A stretch of DNA of 64,000 nucleotides, taken from an uncultured bacterium (GTDB lineage: Bacteria; Planctomycetota; UBA1135; GCA-002686595). This document shows, one piece after another, positions 1 to 10,373 of this stretch. Within the stretch, counting starts at the first letter, position 1. Each line of letters begins with the position of its first letter. The stretch is from assembly GCA_943787795.1 (NCBI GenBank), contig CALSNU010000001.1:64001-128000 (forward strand), written 5' to 3'. Below the pieces are notes generated by a model. That model had not been told where the DNA came from and searched no databases. It worked only from the letters and a program-made list of their open reading frames with translations. The position numbers and the translations under genes were made by a program.

Positions 1-1341
1 GCGGTGAGAGGCGGCTCGTTCGCCGCCCTTGACCCGCGCGCGCACGGTCACCACGCCGTCCGCAGCCATGCCCTGCTGCTCGTCGGGGATGAGGTACTCC
101 CCGCCCTCGATCCAGCCGCCGTTGCCCAGGTGGAGCAGGGAGGGCTCGTCCAGGCGCAGGCCGCGCTCCTCGCCGTCGGTCAGGTTCGCCGCGGCGAGCC
201 CCTGCGGCCTCTGGACCCCCGCCAGCCCCAGCAGCGTGGGGCCGAGGAGTCGATTCTCCACCCGCTCGGGGATCCGCGCTCCCGCGGCGATGCCCGGTCC
301 GGTCAGGATCAGCGGGACGTGGACGCTCTCTGGATAGAGCTGCCCGCCGTGACCCATGAGCCCATGTTCGAGGAACTCCTCGCCGTGGTCGGAGGTCAGC
401 GCGAGGAGGGTGCGATCCATCGGGCCGCGTCGCCGGAGCGCCTCGAGGAGGTCGCCGATGGCGAGGTCCGCGTCGCGCACCTCTGCGGCATAGCAGCGCC
501 GCCGCCAGTCCACGAAGTCGTCGATGGCCGCCTCGTCGTAGGGGGCCCCCTTGATCATCAGGTTGTAGGCGCGGGTCACGGCGCCGAGATCCTCATCGGT
601 GGGCGGCGTGGAGAGGCCGAGGGCCGCCACGGAATCGGCCGAGGGCCGGTACGGCGAGTGGGGCTCGACGAGGTGGACGTAGAGGAAGAACGCCTCACCG
701 GGCTGGCGCTCGGCGAGCCAGGCCTTCGCGCGCTCGAGGGGAATGGCCGCGTGATCCCAGCTGTCGTCCGTGCCCTCCCACACGTCGAAGCCGCGGCCGA
801 ACCCGAGCTCGGCGTCCATGATGGGGTTGGCGACGAAGGCGGCGGTGGCCCACCCCGCGGACTGGAAGGCGGCGGCCACGCTCGGGACGTCGGGTGAGAT
901 CGAGGAGCCGTCCTTGCCGATGAGCCCGTGCTCCGGAGGCAGCTTGCCGGTGAGCAGGGAAGCCGTGGAGGGCCAGGTCCAAGAGGACGTCGCCAGGCAG
1001 CGCTCGAAGAGCGTCCCTTCCTCGGCGAGGGCGTCCATGGTGGGAGTCACCGCCTCCGCTGCACCGTAGGCGCCGAGGGCGTCGGCGCGCAGGGTGTCCA
1101 CGACCACGACGACCACGGCGTCCACCGCAGGCGGGGTCGGGTCCGCAGGCTGGCAGCTGCTGAGGCTCGCCGCGGCCAGGCCCAGAGCGAGTGGGATCCG
1201 CGCGAGTGGGATCCGCGCGAGCAGGACCCGTGCGGATGGGACCTGTTCGGATGAGACCCGTTCGGCGGTGATCCAGCCTGCGTGAGCCCAGGGACGGGTG
1301 GGGCGGGCGCGGCCTGCTTGGTTGAGACGGGTGGGTTGCAT
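1..1341 (-). CDS. Sulfatase-like (alkaline phosphatase superfamily) lipoprotein, runs off the window edge
   Basis: Not in ORF track; manual minus-strand translation from ATG at 1341 gives ...LGLAAASLSSC (lipobox) ...VVVVVDTLRADALGAYG...TPTMDALAEEGTLFE...SSWTWPSTASLLTG...FFLYVHLVEPHSPY. Start codon uncertain. Confidence 0.85.
   Translation of the reverse strand, partial: MQPTRLNQAGRARPTRPWAHAGWITAERVSSEQVPSARVLLARIPLARIPLALGLAAASLSSCQPADPTPPAVDAVVVVVVDTLRADALGAYGAAEAVTPTMDALAEEGTLFERCLATSSWTWPSTASLLTGKLPPEHGLIGKDGSSISPDVPSVAAAFQSAGWATAAFVANPIMDAELGFGRGFDVWEGTDDSWDHAAIPLERAKAWLAERQPGEAFFLYVHLVEPHSPYRPSADSVAALGLSTPPTDEDLGAVTRAYNLMIKGAPYDEAAIDDFVDWRRRCYAAEVRDADLAIGDLLEALRRRGPMDRTLLALTSDHGEEFLEHGLMGHGGQLYPESVHVPLILTGPGIAAGARIPERVENRLLGPTLLGLAGVQRPQGLAAANLTDGEERGLRLDEPSLLHLGNGGWIEGGEYLIPDEQQGMAADGVVTVRARVKGGERAASHR
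1187..1276. repeat. 15-bp degenerate tandem repeat, ~6 units
   Basis: gcgagtgggatccgc x2, then gcgagcaggacccgt, gcggatgggacctgt, tcggatgagacccgt, tcggcggtgatccag. Confidence 0.75.
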
Positions 1342-1491
1342 GGCGGACGGTCCGCGTCGAGGCGACGCTCGGCTCCCATCTTACGTGGGGATCAGGACGA
1401 TCCCCCTCAGGTACGTCGCCAACCGGGGTCCGAGCTCTCGAGCGCGGTCGGCACCGGGCGCTCCTTGATCGGCGTCGGCCGGTGGCGAAGA

Positions 1492-1707
1492 ATGCTGCCG
1501 CTGATGCCCACGACCCTGAACAAGACCATCGCGTGGGGTGGGGCGCTGGCCCTGCTCGTCCTGCATCTGGATTTCTGGCGGGACCGGGGGACGGCACTGC
1601 TGATGGGCTGGATGCCGCAGGAGCTTGCCTGGCGCATGGGGTGGATGCTGCTCTCGACCCTCTACCTCGTCTGGTTCTGCCGCGCCATCTGGGTGGAGGA
1701 GGACTGA
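1492..1707 (+). CDS. Small two-TM membrane protein (DUF3311-like partner of SSS symporter)
   Basis: 71 aa, two hydrophobic segments, LHLDFW and GWMP motifs, ends 3 nt before the symporter start. Confidence 0.75.
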   Translation: MLPLMPTTLNKTIAWGGALALLVLHLDFWRDRGTALLMGWMPQELAWRMGWMLLSTLYLVWFCRAIWVEED

Positions 1708-1710
1708 CCC

Positions 1711-3189
1711 GTGGATCCCCTCACCACCTTCTTCATCGCCCTCGTCGCCTACGTGGCCCTCGTGCTGGGCGTCGGGATCATGGCGACGCGCCGCGCGGGC
1801 TCCTCCTCCGAGGAGTACTTCCTCGCCGGCCGGGGCCTCGGGACGCTGGTGCTCTTCATGGCGCTCTTTGGCACCAACTGCACGGCCTTCGTGCTGGTCG
1901 GGATTCCAGGGCAGGCGTACCACGACGGGCTGGGCGTCTTCAGCATCAACGCGCCCATCATCGCGCTCGGCATTCCGCTGACGTTCTGGGCTATCGGTTC
2001 GCCGGCGCGCCGGCTCGCCCGGGAGCTGGGGGCGATGACGCCGGCGGAGCTCTACTCACGCCGGTTTGGATCCCGCGCGGTGGGGATGGTCATGTTCGCC
2101 TTCTTCACGGTCTACACCCTGCCCTACATGGTCACGGCGATCCGGGGGGCAGCCGTCACGCTGACGGTGGTGACCGAGGGGCAGGTCCCCGAGTGGATCG
2201 GCGGCGCCGCCGTGCTCGTGGTCGCGCTCGTCTATACGTCCCTCGGCGGCATGCGCGCGACCGCGTGGACCAACGTCGTCCAGGGGGTGATCTTCCTGGG
2301 CTTCATGATCGCCGCCTTCTTCGTCTTCGCCAACGGCGTCGGCGGGGAGGAGGGCATCGGCGGCGCCATGCGCGCGGTACGAGACCACGACCCCGAGCTC
2401 CTGGGGGTCAAGGATACGGGCCTCTACGCACCGGCGGCCTGGACCTCGTGGAGCCTCGCGATCTCTCTGACCGTGGTCGCCTTCCCGCACATGCTGGTGC
2501 GGCTCATGGCGGCTGACTCCGACCGGACCCTGAAGAACATCTGCCGGCTGTATCCGGTGGCGCTCATCGCCCTGTGGGCGCCGGCGGTCATGGTCGGGGT
2601 CTTCGGCGCCGTCGCCTTCCCGGGGCTGGAGGGCAAGGAGTCCGACCGCATCTTTTCGATGATGGTCACCGAGTACCTGCCGCCCGCGCTCTCGGCCCTG
2701 GGCTTCCTCGCGGTGCTCGCGGCGGTGATGTCGACGCTGGACGCGCAGATCCTCACCCTGGGCTCGATGCTCTCTCGCGACATCCTGCGGCCGTCGAAGG
2801 ACCCCAAGGGCGACGTGCGCCGCGGCCGCGCCTTCGGCGTCGTCATCGCGGTGGCGGTGTTCGTGCTCTGGAGGGTTGGGGGGCAGTCGATCTTCTCCCT
2901 CGCCTCTGTGTCCTTCTCGGGCTACGTCACCTTGACCCCTGCGCTGTTCCTCGGGCTCCGCTGGCGGCGCTTCAACGCGGCGGGGGCGCTGACTTCGATC
3001 CTGGGGGCGAACGCCGTCTACTTCCTGGCCCTCGAATCCGCGGGCGGGCTGGGCGGCGCCATGTCGCCGGCCTGGTTCGGGTACCTCCCCGTCATGTGGG
3101 GCTTCCTCGCGGGGTGCGCGGGTGCGGTCCTGGGAACCTACCTCGGCGGTCAGCGGGGCGTCGGGGTCGCGCCCGCCACCGGGACCTGA
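1711..3189 (+). CDS. Sodium:solute symporter family protein
   Basis: EEYFLAGRGLG, YTSLGGMRATAWTNVVQG, LAAVMSTLDAQ; many TM helices. Confidence 0.95.
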   Translation: MDPLTTFFIALVAYVALVLGVGIMATRRAGSSSEEYFLAGRGLGTLVLFMALFGTNCTAFVLVGIPGQAYHDGLGVFSINAPIIALGIPLTFWAIGSPARRLARELGAMTPAELYSRRFGSRAVGMVMFAFFTVYTLPYMVTAIRGAAVTLTVVTEGQVPEWIGGAAVLVVALVYTSLGGMRATAWTNVVQGVIFLGFMIAAFFVFANGVGGEEGIGGAMRAVRDHDPELLGVKDTGLYAPAAWTSWSLAISLTVVAFPHMLVRLMAADSDRTLKNICRLYPVALIALWAPAVMVGVFGAVAFPGLEGKESDRIFSMMVTEYLPPALSALGFLAVLAAVMSTLDAQILTLGSMLSRDILRPSKDPKGDVRRGRAFGVVIAVAVFVLWRVGGQSIFSLASVSFSGYVTLTPALFLGLRWRRFNAAGALTSILGANAVYFLALESAGGLGGAMSPAWFGYLPVMWGFLAGCAGAVLGTYLGGQRGVGVAPATGT

Positions 3190-3909
3190 TCAGCCGCTGG
3201 TCTCGGGCCTGCGGTAGCGCGCGACGAAGCGCCGGAGGGGCGGGGTCTCGTCGTCGAAGTAGTCCTCGAAGGAGTGCTCGACGAGCCCGAGCTCGGTGAG
3301 GGGCGCGAGCTCGGAGCGGAGCAGCGGCCAGGGGAGCTCGCCCGGGTCGTCATCAGCGTCCCGTCCGCGGGCGATGATCCAGAGCTCCCCCCCTGGAGCC
3401 ACCAGGGGCGCGAGTGACGCGATCGCCGCGGCGCGGCGGCCGGGGTGCAGCACCTGGAGGGTGTAGACCTCGACCACCAGCTGGAAGCCCGCCGAGCCAT
3501 GGAGCGGCGGGGTCAACAAGTCACCGGCGAGCCACCGGATCGGCCGGTCGGAGAACCTCCCGGCGGCCGCGCCGACGGCGCTGGGCGAGACGTCGAAGGC
3601 GGTCACCCGCGCGCCCCGATCCGCGAGCCAGGCGGCGTCATCGCCGTAGCCCGCGCCCGTGACCAGGACCTCGGGGTGGGCTGGCAGATCGCGGGACCAG
3701 GCCTCCCAGCGAGCGGTGAGGTTGGGGTTGGGGACCCGGTCGCCCCAGAACACCAGCTCGGGCCGCTCGACCGCCTCGCGGTAGAGGTCCTCGCACCACC
3801 CGTCTGGCCGCCCGTCATGGGCCGCCTGCGCGCGGAGGGCGCGGGCCCTTGACCGCGGGTCCGGGCGTCCCGCGGGCTCGGGCTGATCGGGGGGGGACGG
3901 TTGGGACAC
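3190..3909 (-). CDS. Class I SAM-dependent methyltransferase (thiopurine S-methyltransferase-like)
   Basis: VLVTGAGYGDDAAWLA, VTAFDVSPSAV, LVVEVYTLQ, PGGELW, PWPL; GTG start at 3909 is a best guess. Confidence 0.85.
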   Translation of the reverse strand: MSQPSPPDQPEPAGRPDPRSRARALRAQAAHDGRPDGWCEDLYREAVERPELVFWGDRVPNPNLTARWEAWSRDLPAHPEVLVTGAGYGDDAAWLADRGARVTAFDVSPSAVGAAAGRFSDRPIRWLAGDLLTPPLHGSAGFQLVVEVYTLQVLHPGRRAAAIASLAPLVAPGGELWIIARGRDADDDPGELPWPLLRSELAPLTELGLVEHSFEDYFDDETPPLRRFVARYRRPETSG

Positions 3910-4039
3910 GGTGGGGGGGGATGGGGCGTCCAGACTACAGGTCGGTGGCCTCGAGCGCGCGCGGGGTCCCAGGTCCCCAGAGCGGGCCTCGCGGTCGCCG
4001 CGGTCGCGTTCTTCGGGAGGCTGGGATACGGTCCTTCCC

Positions 4040-6766
4040 ATGGTGCCTCTTCCCCTTGTCGCGATCGCCCTGGCGTGGACGCCCTCGTCGGCGGGGCTCG
4101 CGGGACGGGTGGGCGGCACGCCGGACGGTCCGGACTACGCGGCCGAGATCGCGCCGATCTTCGAGCAGCGCTGCGTCGAGTGCCACGGGCCCGACCGTCA
4201 GGAGAGCGGGCTCCGGTTGGACCTGCTCCCCCGCGTGCTAGGTGGGGGAGACTCCGGCGAGCCGGGGGTGGTGGCCGGGGCCGCCGACCGCAGTGAGGTC
4301 CTGCGGCGGGTCACCACCGAGGACGAGTTCGAGGTGATGCCGCCCGCCGGCGAGCGCCTGAGCGACGCGGAGGCGGCGCTCCTCCGGCGGTGGATCGACG
4401 CCGGCGCGCACGGACCGGAGGGTGGGCAGGCCACCGGTGATCCCACGTGGGCGGGGGAAGCTGACCGCCGCGCGCACTGGGCGTTCCAGCCGCTGGCGGA
4501 TGGTGGCGGCGTCGAGGGGGGCGGTCCGTCGACGCTGGATGAGTTCATTCGAGCCGGGCTGGAGGGGGCTGGGCTGGCGCCCTCACCTGCGGCCGAGCGG
4601 GAGGTCCTGATTCGTCGACTCTACCTCGACGTGCACGGCCTGCTGCCCGCGCCCCAGGACGTGGCCGCCTTCGTGGGGGACTCCCGCCCTGACGCCTGGC
4701 CGCGGCTCGTCGATGAGGTCCTCGCGAGCCCGCGCTATGGAGAACGCTGGGCCCAGCACTGGCTCGACGTCGTCCAGTACGCCGAGACGAACGGCTTCGA
4801 GATGAACACCCCTCGTCCGACCGCGTACCACTACCGGGACTGGGTGATTCGCGCGCTCAACGAGGACCTGCCCTACGACCGCTTCGTCTTCCAGCAGCTG
4901 GCGGGGGACACGGTGGGAGAGGACGCGGCCACGGGCTTCCTCGTGGCGGGCGCCAGCGACGAGGTGAAGAGCGAGGAGGTCGCGTACACCGCCCAGCAGC
5001 GGCAGGATGAGCTGGCGGCCATGGTCAACACCACCGGGACGGCGTTCCTGGGGCTGACGGTGGGCTGCGCCCGCTGCCATAACCACAAGTTCGATCCCGT
5101 CAGCCAGCGCGAGTACTACGCCATGACCGCGGTGCTGGCGGGGGTTCGTCACGGTGAGCGTCCGCTGACCTCCCCGGAGATGGTCCGGCGGCGTCAACGG
5201 GTCGGGGAGCACCGCGCGGAGCTCGACTCGCTCAGGGACGGCCTCCACGCGCGACGGAGCGCGGTGACCTCTCGCTGGAACGAGGAGCGCTTCGAGCCCA
5301 GGCCCGCCACGGCGGTCCGGTTCACGGTCGAGGCCACGAACAGGGGCGAGCCCTGCATCGACGAGCTGGAGGTCTGGTCCGGTGGCGAGAACGTGGCCCT
5401 CTCCGCGAAGCCATCGTCCTCGGGCAATTTCCCGGGCCACCCCCGTCACGCGCTCGAGCACGTCAACGACGGCCTGGTCGGCAATGACCACAGCTGGATC
5501 TCGGACGCGCCAGGCGGCGGGTGGGTGCAGCTCGATCTCGCCGAGGGGCACGTCGTGGACCGGGTGGTGTGGGCGCGCGATCGTTCGGGCCGCTATGACG
5601 ACCGGACACCGACCCGCTACCGCATCGAGCTCCGGGACGAGGCGGGCGCGTGGATGAGGGTGGCGGGGTCTCAGGATCGACAGGAGTTCGGTGAGGAGGG
5701 GGGGGACGCTAAAGCGCTGGCCGCCTCACCCGCGGTGCTCGAGTCCCTCGCCACCGCCGAGGAGGCCCTGCGGCTGGCGCAGGCGGCGCCCTCCGCGATG
5801 GTGTACGGAGGCCGCCTCGAGGAGCCGCCGGCGGTCTACCGGCTGTTCAGGGGGGACGTGACCGCCCGGCGGGAGCTGGTGGTACCCGACATCCCGGCGA
5901 TCCTCGGCGGCCTCGAGCTGACCGCGGAGGCCCCGGAGTCCTCCCGGCGCGTGGCGATGGCGCGAGCCATCACCGAGGAGGCGGGCGCCCTGGCGGCGCG
6001 CGTGATGGTGAACCGGATCTGGGCCCACCACTTCGGCACGGGGCTCGTGGCGACCCCCGGTGACCTCGGCGTCAACGGCGCGCAGCCCACGCACCCGGCC
6101 TTGCTCGACTGGCTCGCGGCGCGCTTCATCGAGGGCGGCTGGTCCATGAAGGCGCTCCACCGGCGGATCCTCCTCTCGGACACTTACCGCCAGTCCAGCG
6201 CGCCGAGCTCCGCTGCGCTCGCGGTGGACGCCGACGCGCAGTGGCTCTGGCGCTTCCCTCCCCGACGGCTCGAGGCGGAGGTGCTCCGGGACTGCATCCT
6301 GCAGCTCGGCGGCAACCTTGACCTGGGCATGGGGGGGCCCGGCTTCAGCCTCTTCGAGCCCAACGAGAACTACGTCCGCGTCTACCTCCCCAAGGTGGCG
6401 CTCGACCCAGAGGATCACCGCCGCATGGTCTACATGCACAAGGTGCGCATGGAGACGGTCCCGGTCTTCGGGGCCTTCGATGTGCCTGACGCCGGCCAGG
6501 TGTGCCCCACCCGGGGCCGGTCCACCACCGCGATCCAGGCGCTCAACCTCTTCAACAGCCCCTTCGTACTCGCCCAGGCGCGCCGGATGGCGGCGCGCCT
6601 CGAGGTGTCCGGCCCGGACGCCGTGGAGGCGGCGTACCGCCTGGCCTATGGCCGCGCCGCGGCGCCTGGCGAGGCGCGGGCGGCCGGGGCCTTCATCGAG
6701 CAGGAGGGTCTGGCGGCCTTCTGCCGCGCGGTCCTCAACTCCAACGAGCTGGTGTTCCTCCCGTGA
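4040..6766 (+). CDS. Planctomycete cytochrome c (PSCyt1)/DUF1549/DUF1553 protein with discoidin-like insert
   Basis: Signal peptide, CVECH and CARCH motifs, [55 protein letters not shown]. Confidence 0.93.
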   Translation: MVPLPLVAIALAWTPSSAGLAGRVGGTPDGPDYAAEIAPIFEQRCVECHGPDRQESGLRLDLLPRVLGGGDSGEPGVVAGAADRSEVLRRVTTEDEFEVMPPAGERLSDAEAALLRRWIDAGAHGPEGGQATGDPTWAGEADRRAHWAFQPLADGGGVEGGGPSTLDEFIRAGLEGAGLAPSPAAEREVLIRRLYLDVHGLLPAPQDVAAFVGDSRPDAWPRLVDEVLASPRYGERWAQHWLDVVQYAETNGFEMNTPRPTAYHYRDWVIRALNEDLPYDRFVFQQLAGDTVGEDAATGFLVAGASDEVKSEEVAYTAQQRQDELAAMVNTTGTAFLGLTVGCARCHNHKFDPVSQREYYAMTAVLAGVRHGERPLTSPEMVRRRQRVGEHRAELDSLRDGLHARRSAVTSRWNEERFEPRPATAVRFTVEATNRGEPCIDELEVWSGGENVALSAKPSSSGNFPGHPRHALEHVNDGLVGNDHSWISDAPGGGWVQLDLAEGHVVDRVVWARDRSGRYDDRTPTRYRIELRDEAGAWMRVAGSQDRQEFGEEGGDAKALAASPAVLESLATAEEALRLAQAAPSAMVYGGRLEEPPAVYRLFRGDVTARRELVVPDIPAILGGLELTAEAPESSRRVAMARAITEEAGALAARVMVNRIWAHHFGTGLVATPGDLGVNGAQPTHPALLDWLAARFIEGGWSMKALHRRILLSDTYRQSSAPSSAALAVDADAQWLWRFPPRRLEAEVLRDCILQLGGNLDLGMGGPGFSLFEPNENYVRVYLPKVALDPEDHRRMVYMHKVRMETVPVFGAFDVPDAGQVCPTRGRSTTAIQALNLFNSPFVLAQARRMAARLEVSGPDAVEAAYRLAYGRAAAPGEARAAGAFIEQEGLAAFCRAVLNSNELVFLP

Positions 6767-8205
6767 CGCGCCTCAGCCGAAGGGACCTGCTCGGGCACAT
6801 GAGCTCGGGGTTGGGCTTCATGGCCGCCTCGCATCTCCTGAAGGCGGACGGCCGGCTCGCGGAGGACGCGGTCTCGATCGATCCGGGCGCGCCCTTCGCG
6901 GCGCGCTCGCCGCACTTTGCGCCCAGGGCCAAGAACGTCGTGGTGATCTTCTGCAGCGGCGCCCTGAGCCAGGTGGACTCGTTCGATCACAAGCCCGAGC
7001 TGATCCGTCGGCACGACACGCCGCTCCCGGGTGGCGACGGGCTGATCACCTTCCAGGGGGCGAACGGGAACCTGCACCGGCCCCTCTACGACTTCCGACC
7101 GCGGGGGGAGTGCGGGAAGATGACGAGCGACCTGCTCCCGCAGCTCGGGGACCTCTCGGACGACCTCTGCTACATCCACTCGCTGCACACGAAGACGGCG
7201 ACCCACGGGCCGGGCGAGAACTGCATGTCGACGGGGTACATCCTCGATGGCTTCCCGAGCATGGGCGCCTGGGCGACCTACGCGCTGGGGAGTGAGTGCG
7301 CCGACCTCCCGGCCTTCGTGGCAATCCCCGACCCCCGCGGGGTGCCCCAGAGCTCCATCAACAACTGGGGCGCTGGCTTCCTGCCGGCCGCCTTCCAGGG
7401 GACGCCGTTCAACGCCGCGCGGCCCGTGCAGAACCTCGCGCCGCCGGCGGGGCTGGACCCCCGACGTGACCGGGCGACGCGTGACTTCCTCCGGCGACTG
7501 AACGAGGCGCACCTCGATCGCTATCCGGGGGACGCCGAGCTCGCGGCCCGGATCGCGAGCTATGAGATGGCCGCCAGGATGCAGCTCTCCGTACCGGAGG
7601 TGACCGACCTCTCCACCGAGTCGGCGTCCACGCGGCGCATGTACGGCACGGACGACCCCAACCCGTTGAAGGCCGGGTTCGCCCGCAACTGCCTCCTCGC
7701 CCGGCGGCTCGTGGAGAAGGGCGTCCGCTTCGTTCAGCTGTTCAACGGCGCCTACGCCATGGGGGAGGGCAAGGGCAACTGGGACGGGCACCAGCAGCTG
7801 AAGACGGACTATGACGTGCATGGGCCGATCCTGGACCAGCCCGCAGCGGCGCTGATCCGGGACCTCAAGCAGCGCGGCATGCTCGAGGACACCCTCGTCG
7901 TGCTGTGCACCGAGTTCGGCCGGATGCCCACCTTCCAGGCGGGCGCTCAGGGCCGTGACCACAACCCGTCGGCCATGACGGCGATCCTCGCCGGCGCCGG
8001 CGTCAAGGCGCCGTTCACCCATGGGGCCACGGACGACTTCGGTTGGAAGTCGGTCGTCGACCCGGTCAGCGTGCACGACTTCCACGCGACGATCCTCCAC
8101 CTCCTCGGACTCGACCACACGCGCCTCACCCACTACCACAACGGGCTCCAACGTCGCCTGACCGACGTTCACGGCGAGGTCATCTCGGGCATCCTCAAGG
8201 CCTGA
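6763..8205 (+). CDS. DUF1501 domain protein
   Basis: GTGA overlap with upstream stop; Tat-like [67 protein letters not shown]. Confidence 0.95.
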   Translation: MTRLSRRDLLGHMSSGLGFMAASHLLKADGRLAEDAVSIDPGAPFAARSPHFAPRAKNVVVIFCSGALSQVDSFDHKPELIRRHDTPLPGGDGLITFQGANGNLHRPLYDFRPRGECGKMTSDLLPQLGDLSDDLCYIHSLHTKTATHGPGENCMSTGYILDGFPSMGAWATYALGSECADLPAFVAIPDPRGVPQSSINNWGAGFLPAAFQGTPFNAARPVQNLAPPAGLDPRRDRATRDFLRRLNEAHLDRYPGDAELAARIASYEMAARMQLSVPEVTDLSTESASTRRMYGTDDPNPLKAGFARNCLLARRLVEKGVRFVQLFNGAYAMGEGKGNWDGHQQLKTDYDVHGPILDQPAAALIRDLKQRGMLEDTLVVLCTEFGRMPTFQAGAQGRDHNPSAMTAILAGAGVKAPFTHGATDDFGWKSVVDPVSVHDFHATILHLLGLDHTRLTHYHNGLQRRLTDVHGEVISGILKA

Positions 8206-8347
8206 ATTCAGCCTGGAGAGGAGGGCGGCGCGGCGCCACCGTGTCGTCGGTGGAGGTGGACCGGGGGGGCCGCGTTTCCGTCGCCGCTCCCGGTCGCCGA
8301 CGGCCCCAGAGGTCCGCGATGGGCCGCGGGGAGACAGGCCCTCCAGG

Positions 8348-9061
8348 TCAACGCCCGAGGTCCCACACGATGACCTCGGCGCGCTGGATGCCCTCGAGGC
8401 GCAGGGCCGTCTCATCCACGACCCCGGCGCCGTCGCCGGGGCCCAGGACGAGGTCATTCAGGCGGACCTCCCCGGAGCTGACGTGGACCCAGGCGCGCCT
8501 TCCCTCGACCGACAGGCTCGCCGCCTCGGAGGGGTCGAAGGTGCCCAGGAAGAGGCGGGCGTCCTGGCCGATCTGGATCGGTGCCGGCGTGGCCTCGCCG
8601 GCTGCGGTCGCGGGTCCAACGGCCAGGGCGAGCTGACCCTGGCGCTGGATCGCGGGGATATGCCGCTGGTCATAGCGGGGCTCGCCGCCAGCTTGAGCGG
8701 GTTCGATCCACATCTGGAGCAGGTGTAGCGGCTCGTTCTTGGAGGCGTTGAACTCGCTGTGAACGACGCCAGAACCCGCGGACATGAACTGAACGTCGCC
8801 GGGCCGGATCAGGGAGCCATTGCCCATGCTGTCCTCGTGGCGGAGCTCCCCCTCGAGGACCACGGTGACAATCTCCATATCCCGGTGCGGGTGGCTCGGG
8901 AATCCGCCGCCGACCTGCACCCGGTCCTGGTTCAGGACGCGCAGGCTGCCCCACTGCATGAACTCCGGGTCGAAGTAGCTCGCGAAGGAGAACGTGTGGC
9001 GCGCGTCGAGCCAGCCGTGGTCGGCGTGGCCGCGATCGGCGGAGCGGCGGAGCGTGATCAT
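8348..9061 (-). CDS. Pirin family protein (YhhW-like)
   Basis: RGHADHGWLDARHTFSFA, LRVLNQD, HPHRDMEI, HEDSMGN, MSAGSGVVHSE, LLQMW. Confidence 0.95.
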   Translation of the reverse strand: MITLRRSADRGHADHGWLDARHTFSFASYFDPEFMQWGSLRVLNQDRVQVGGGFPSHPHRDMEIVTVVLEGELRHEDSMGNGSLIRPGDVQFMSAGSGVVHSEFNASKNEPLHLLQMWIEPAQAGGEPRYDQRHIPAIQRQGQLALAVGPATAAGEATPAPIQIGQDARLFLGTFDPSEAASLSVEGRRAWVHVSSGEVRLNDLVLGPGDGAGVVDETALRLEGIQRAEVIVWDLGR

Positions 9062-9078
9062 GGCCCCACTTAGTCCCC

Positions 9079-10275
9079 TCACTCCTCCTCTTCAAGTACG
9101 AGCTGGATGGCGCCCGACGTCTCGATCATGATCGGCTCGAGTCCCTCCCATTCGGGGTCGCCCTGGACGTGCTGGCCGAAGATCCGAACCGGGGCGGCAA
9201 ACCCGCTCCCGTCAGCATCGAGCGGGGCCGCGGAGATCCGCGCGTCGGAACTCAGGGTCGGCGGGAGGTAGATTGTGAGTCGACCCCGCACGTCCGACCT
9301 CAGGCGATGCCCGCCGTGGAACCCGTAGCTGTTGGTCCAGCCCCTGGAGCGGGTCCCTTCGGGCAGGGAGATCCTGCTGGGGGCCTCGGGCCGGAACTGG
9401 AGCCGGAAGGCCATCCCCGGGGTCGGCGGAAGGAACTCCACCAGGTGGACCTCCAGGTCTTCGAAGGTCAGCGCGGCTCGCTGAGCGTCCACCGAGACCG
9501 AGGTCTCGAAGATGGTGACGGGACGGTCATGCCCACCCTCCAGCGGCGTCGAGCCTAGGCTGAGGATCGGGTGGCTCGGCACCAACGTCGCCTCGAACGT
9601 GGCGTGCCCGTGGTGATCGAGGACGCGGGTCTCCCTCATGGTGACGTGCGGGAGACGGATCCCTGACTGCTGCGCGCCGCCCGCCGGGTCGCTCCAGGTC
9701 AGGGTGGCCTCGAGGTATCCGCCGAGGCCCACGAGGCGAGGGAACTCGACTCGAAGTGGCTGGCTTCGAACCAGCGGGCACAGGATCTCCTCGTGGGTAA
9801 CGTCGGGGTCGAGCGGGAAGCCTCGGCTCCCGTAGCCGGGTGCGGAGACGAGGATCTGCTCGTGGTCGGCGCCCTTCGCATCGACCGGCGCCTCGATCCG
9901 CTCGAGCAGCACCGACGGGTTGGGGTCGTCCTCGGTGGCGGAGAGTGACCCCTGCACGTTCTTGTCGCCGCGGCGGTGGAGGTAGGTCGCGGATTCCCCG
10001 GCCGATAGTCCCTCGATGATGAGGCGAACGGTGGGGCCCACGGGAACCTCGATCGCCGCTGGAGAGGCGGCCTCCGGGGCCGGCAGGTTTGCCGCTCTCC
10101 GGCCTGGCTTGTCGGGAGCGGGGAGCATGACGCCGGCCTCGGCGGCCGAGATCTCCTCGGGCATCGACCGCGCGACGCGCTCACCCTCGCGCTCCTCTGG
10201 ACCCCACATGAGGAGCACGAGGAAGACCGCGACGAGCACGGTGCCGGCGCGGATCAGGGCGGTCTGGGGCTTCAA
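9079..10275 (-). CDS. Hypothetical protein with N-terminal membrane anchor
   Basis: 398-aa ORF between pirin and senB-like gene; one N-terminal hydrophobic helix, Pro/Ala linker, beta-rich body; no recognised family. Confidence 0.65.
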   Translation of the reverse strand: MKPQTALIRAGTVLVAVFLVLLMWGPEEREGERVARSMPEEISAAEAGVMLPAPDKPGRRAANLPAPEAASPAAIEVPVGPTVRLIIEGLSAGESATYLHRRGDKNVQGSLSATEDDPNPSVLLERIEAPVDAKGADHEQILVSAPGYGSRGFPLDPDVTHEEILCPLVRSQPLRVEFPRLVGLGGYLEATLTWSDPAGGAQQSGIRLPHVTMRETRVLDHHGHATFEATLVPSHPILSLGSTPLEGGHDRPVTIFETSVSVDAQRAALTFEDLEVHLVEFLPPTPGMAFRLQFRPEAPSRISLPEGTRSRGWTNSYGFHGGHRLRSDVRGRLTIYLPPTLSSDARISAAPLDADGSGFAAPVRIFGQHVQGDPEWEGLEPIMIETSGAIQLVLEEEE

Positions 10276-10373
10276 TTCAGGGGGAGATGATCGAGGGGTC
10301 GAGGCACAGGTCCTACGCGACCGGCGCCGGGGCGTTGGGGGGAGCCCCCTGCCGCAAGCTGAGGCCTGGCCGG

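Noticed and set aside
4040..8205. PSCyt/DUF1553 + DUF1501 pair as a novel system
   Set aside because: A known multi-copy module of Planctomycetota; function is unresolved but nothing here is distinctive.
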